Source of the DNA: a virus
Taxonomy: Duplodnaviria; Caudoviricetes
DNA length: 27,899 bases
Strand: one strand, 5' to 3'
IMG/VR virus record: IMGVR_UViG_3300029930_000013
Location: 1 to 27,899 of that record
Of this stretch, positions 26,857-27,899 are shown piece after piece (position 1 is the stretch's first letter; every line of letters begins with the position of its first letter). The notes below the pieces were generated by a model that worked only from the letters and a program-made list of their open reading frames with translations, had not been told where the DNA came from and did no database searches. The position numbers were made by a program, and so were the translations under genes.

Positions 26857-26859
26857 ATA
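26853..26859 (+). promoter_or_regulatory. Late promoter ATAAATA upstream of gp13
   Basis: CATAAATA includes the stop TAA (26854-56). It is followed by SD-like GGAGAGG (26863-69) and ATG 26879. Confidence 0.8.
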
Positions 26860-26878
26860 CTTGGAGAGGTACTGATAC

Positions 26879-27724
26879 ATGGCGCAACCATCTACTAGGA
26901 CAGAATTAATTAATTATTGCAAAAGGCAGTTAGGTGCTCCTGTACTTGAAATAAATGTCGCAGATGAACAAATAGAAGATTTGGTTGATGATGCTGTTCA
27001 GTTTTTTCAAGAAAGACATTTTGATGGGGTATATCCAACATTTTTTAAATATAAAATAACTCAAGACGACATTGATAGGGGAAGGGGTAGAGGTGGAACA
27101 AATCCAATTGGAATCGTAACTACAACAGCAACGACAACAATAGTTGGAACTGCCACTACTTTTTCTTATGAAGAAAATAGTAATTACTTACAAGTTCCGC
27201 CGTCAGTGATTGGAGTAACTAAAATATTTCACTTTGATGGGTCTAATAATATCACTAATAATATGTTTAGTATAAAATATCAATTATTTTTGAATGACAT
27301 TTATTATTGGGGAACAACAGAACTTTTAACTTATGCAATGGTAAAAACATATCTAGAAGATATTAACTTTTTATTAACCACACAAAAACAAATTAGATTT
27401 AATAAAAGACAAGATAGACTATACCTTGATATAGACTGGTCTTCAGTTACAGTAGGAGATTATTTTGTCATAGATTGTTTTTCAACACTGGACCCAAGTG
27501 ATTATGCGCGAGTTTGGAATGATTCATTTCTCAAAAAGTATCTTACTCTCTTAATTAAAAAGCAATGGGGTCAAAACTTAATTAAATTTCAAGGTGTAAA
27601 ACTTCCAGGTGGAGTTGAATTGAATGGAAGACAAATTTATGATGATGCACAAAGAGAATTAGATATTTTGATGGAAAAAATGTCTAATACTTATGAATTA
27701 CCACCACTGGATATGATTGGATAA
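26879..27724 (+). CDS. gp13: Neck protein gp13, 281 aa
   Basis: Motifs 'P.TR.ELI.YC.RQLGAPVLEINVADEQIEDLVDDA.QFF.ERHFDG' and 'KKQWGQNLIKFQGVKLPGGVELNGRQIYDDA'. Confidence 0.95.
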   Translation: MAQPSTRTELINYCKRQLGAPVLEINVADEQIEDLVDDAVQFFQERHFDGVYPTFFKYKITQDDIDRGRGRGGTNPIGIVTTTATTTIVGTATTFSYEENSNYLQVPPSVIGVTKIFHFDGSNNITNNMFSIKYQLFLNDIYYWGTTELLTYAMVKTYLEDINFLLTTQKQIRFNKRQDRLYLDIDWSSVTVGDYFVIDCFSTLDPSDYARVWNDSFLKKYLTLLIKKQWGQNLIKFQGVKLPGGVELNGRQIYDDAQRELDILMEKMSNTYELPPLDMIG

Positions 27725-27730
27725 AATAAT

Positions 27731-27899
27731 ATGCTAAACCCGTATTTTTTACAAGGTTCATCATCAGAACAAAGTCTTGTTCAAAGTTTAATTAATGAAC
27801 AATTGAGAATGTATGGTGTTGAAGTTTATTATTTGCCAAGAAAATATATTACAGAAAAAACTGTTATAAAAGAAGTAATTGAATCAAAATTTGATGATG
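27731..27899 (+). CDS. gp14: Neck protein gp14, N-terminal fragment (runs off the window)
   Basis: ATG 27731 gives MLNPYFLQGSSSEQSLVQSLINEQLRMYGVEVYYLPRKYITEKTVIKEVIESKFDD. It has the gp14 'EQ.L...LI.E.....G..VYYLPR' motif and follows gp13. Confidence 0.9.
   Translation, partial: MLNPYFLQGSSSEQSLVQSLINEQLRMYGVEVYYLPRKYITEKTVIKEVIESKFDD

Overview
AT-rich fragment of a T4-like (Kyanoviridae-type) cyanomyovirus genome. All credible genes are on the + strand. The window opens at what looks like the boundary between an early small-gene region and the late virion module. It starts with a partial CDS, then a sigma70 promoter whose -35 box sits in a hairpin loop, then a ~200-nt G-skewed, repeat- and palindrome-rich non-coding element. 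Next is a cluster of small genes: a 63-aa hypothetical, a GT-A glycosyltransferase-like protein, a 47-aa very basic peptide, a 245-aa hypothetical and a 55-aa acidic protein behind an RBS-sequestering twin hairpin. The 47-aa and 55-aa ORFs were missed by the ORF track. The structural block follows: gp25, gp6, a giant 4048-aa gp7-like protein, gp8, a 2531-aa DUF4815/VrlC-like protein, three small translationally coupled genes (one with a remote NblA-like pattern), gp13 and the start of gp14. T4-type late promoters ((A)TAAATA) punctuate the block. No tRNA, rRNA, CRISPR array, intron/intein or transposase was recognised. The most interesting leads are (1) a G-[IVL]-[GAVS]-[TS] motif recurring dozens of times in the two giant proteins and also in unrelated virion folds, next to a probably late-expressed glycosyltransferase (possible virion glycosylation system), (2) the 5' non-coding element (origin or structured RNA), (3) the twin-hairpin RNA at 2161-2208 and (4) the NblA-like ORF. 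Family assignments rest on motif recognition and synteny, not on database searches.
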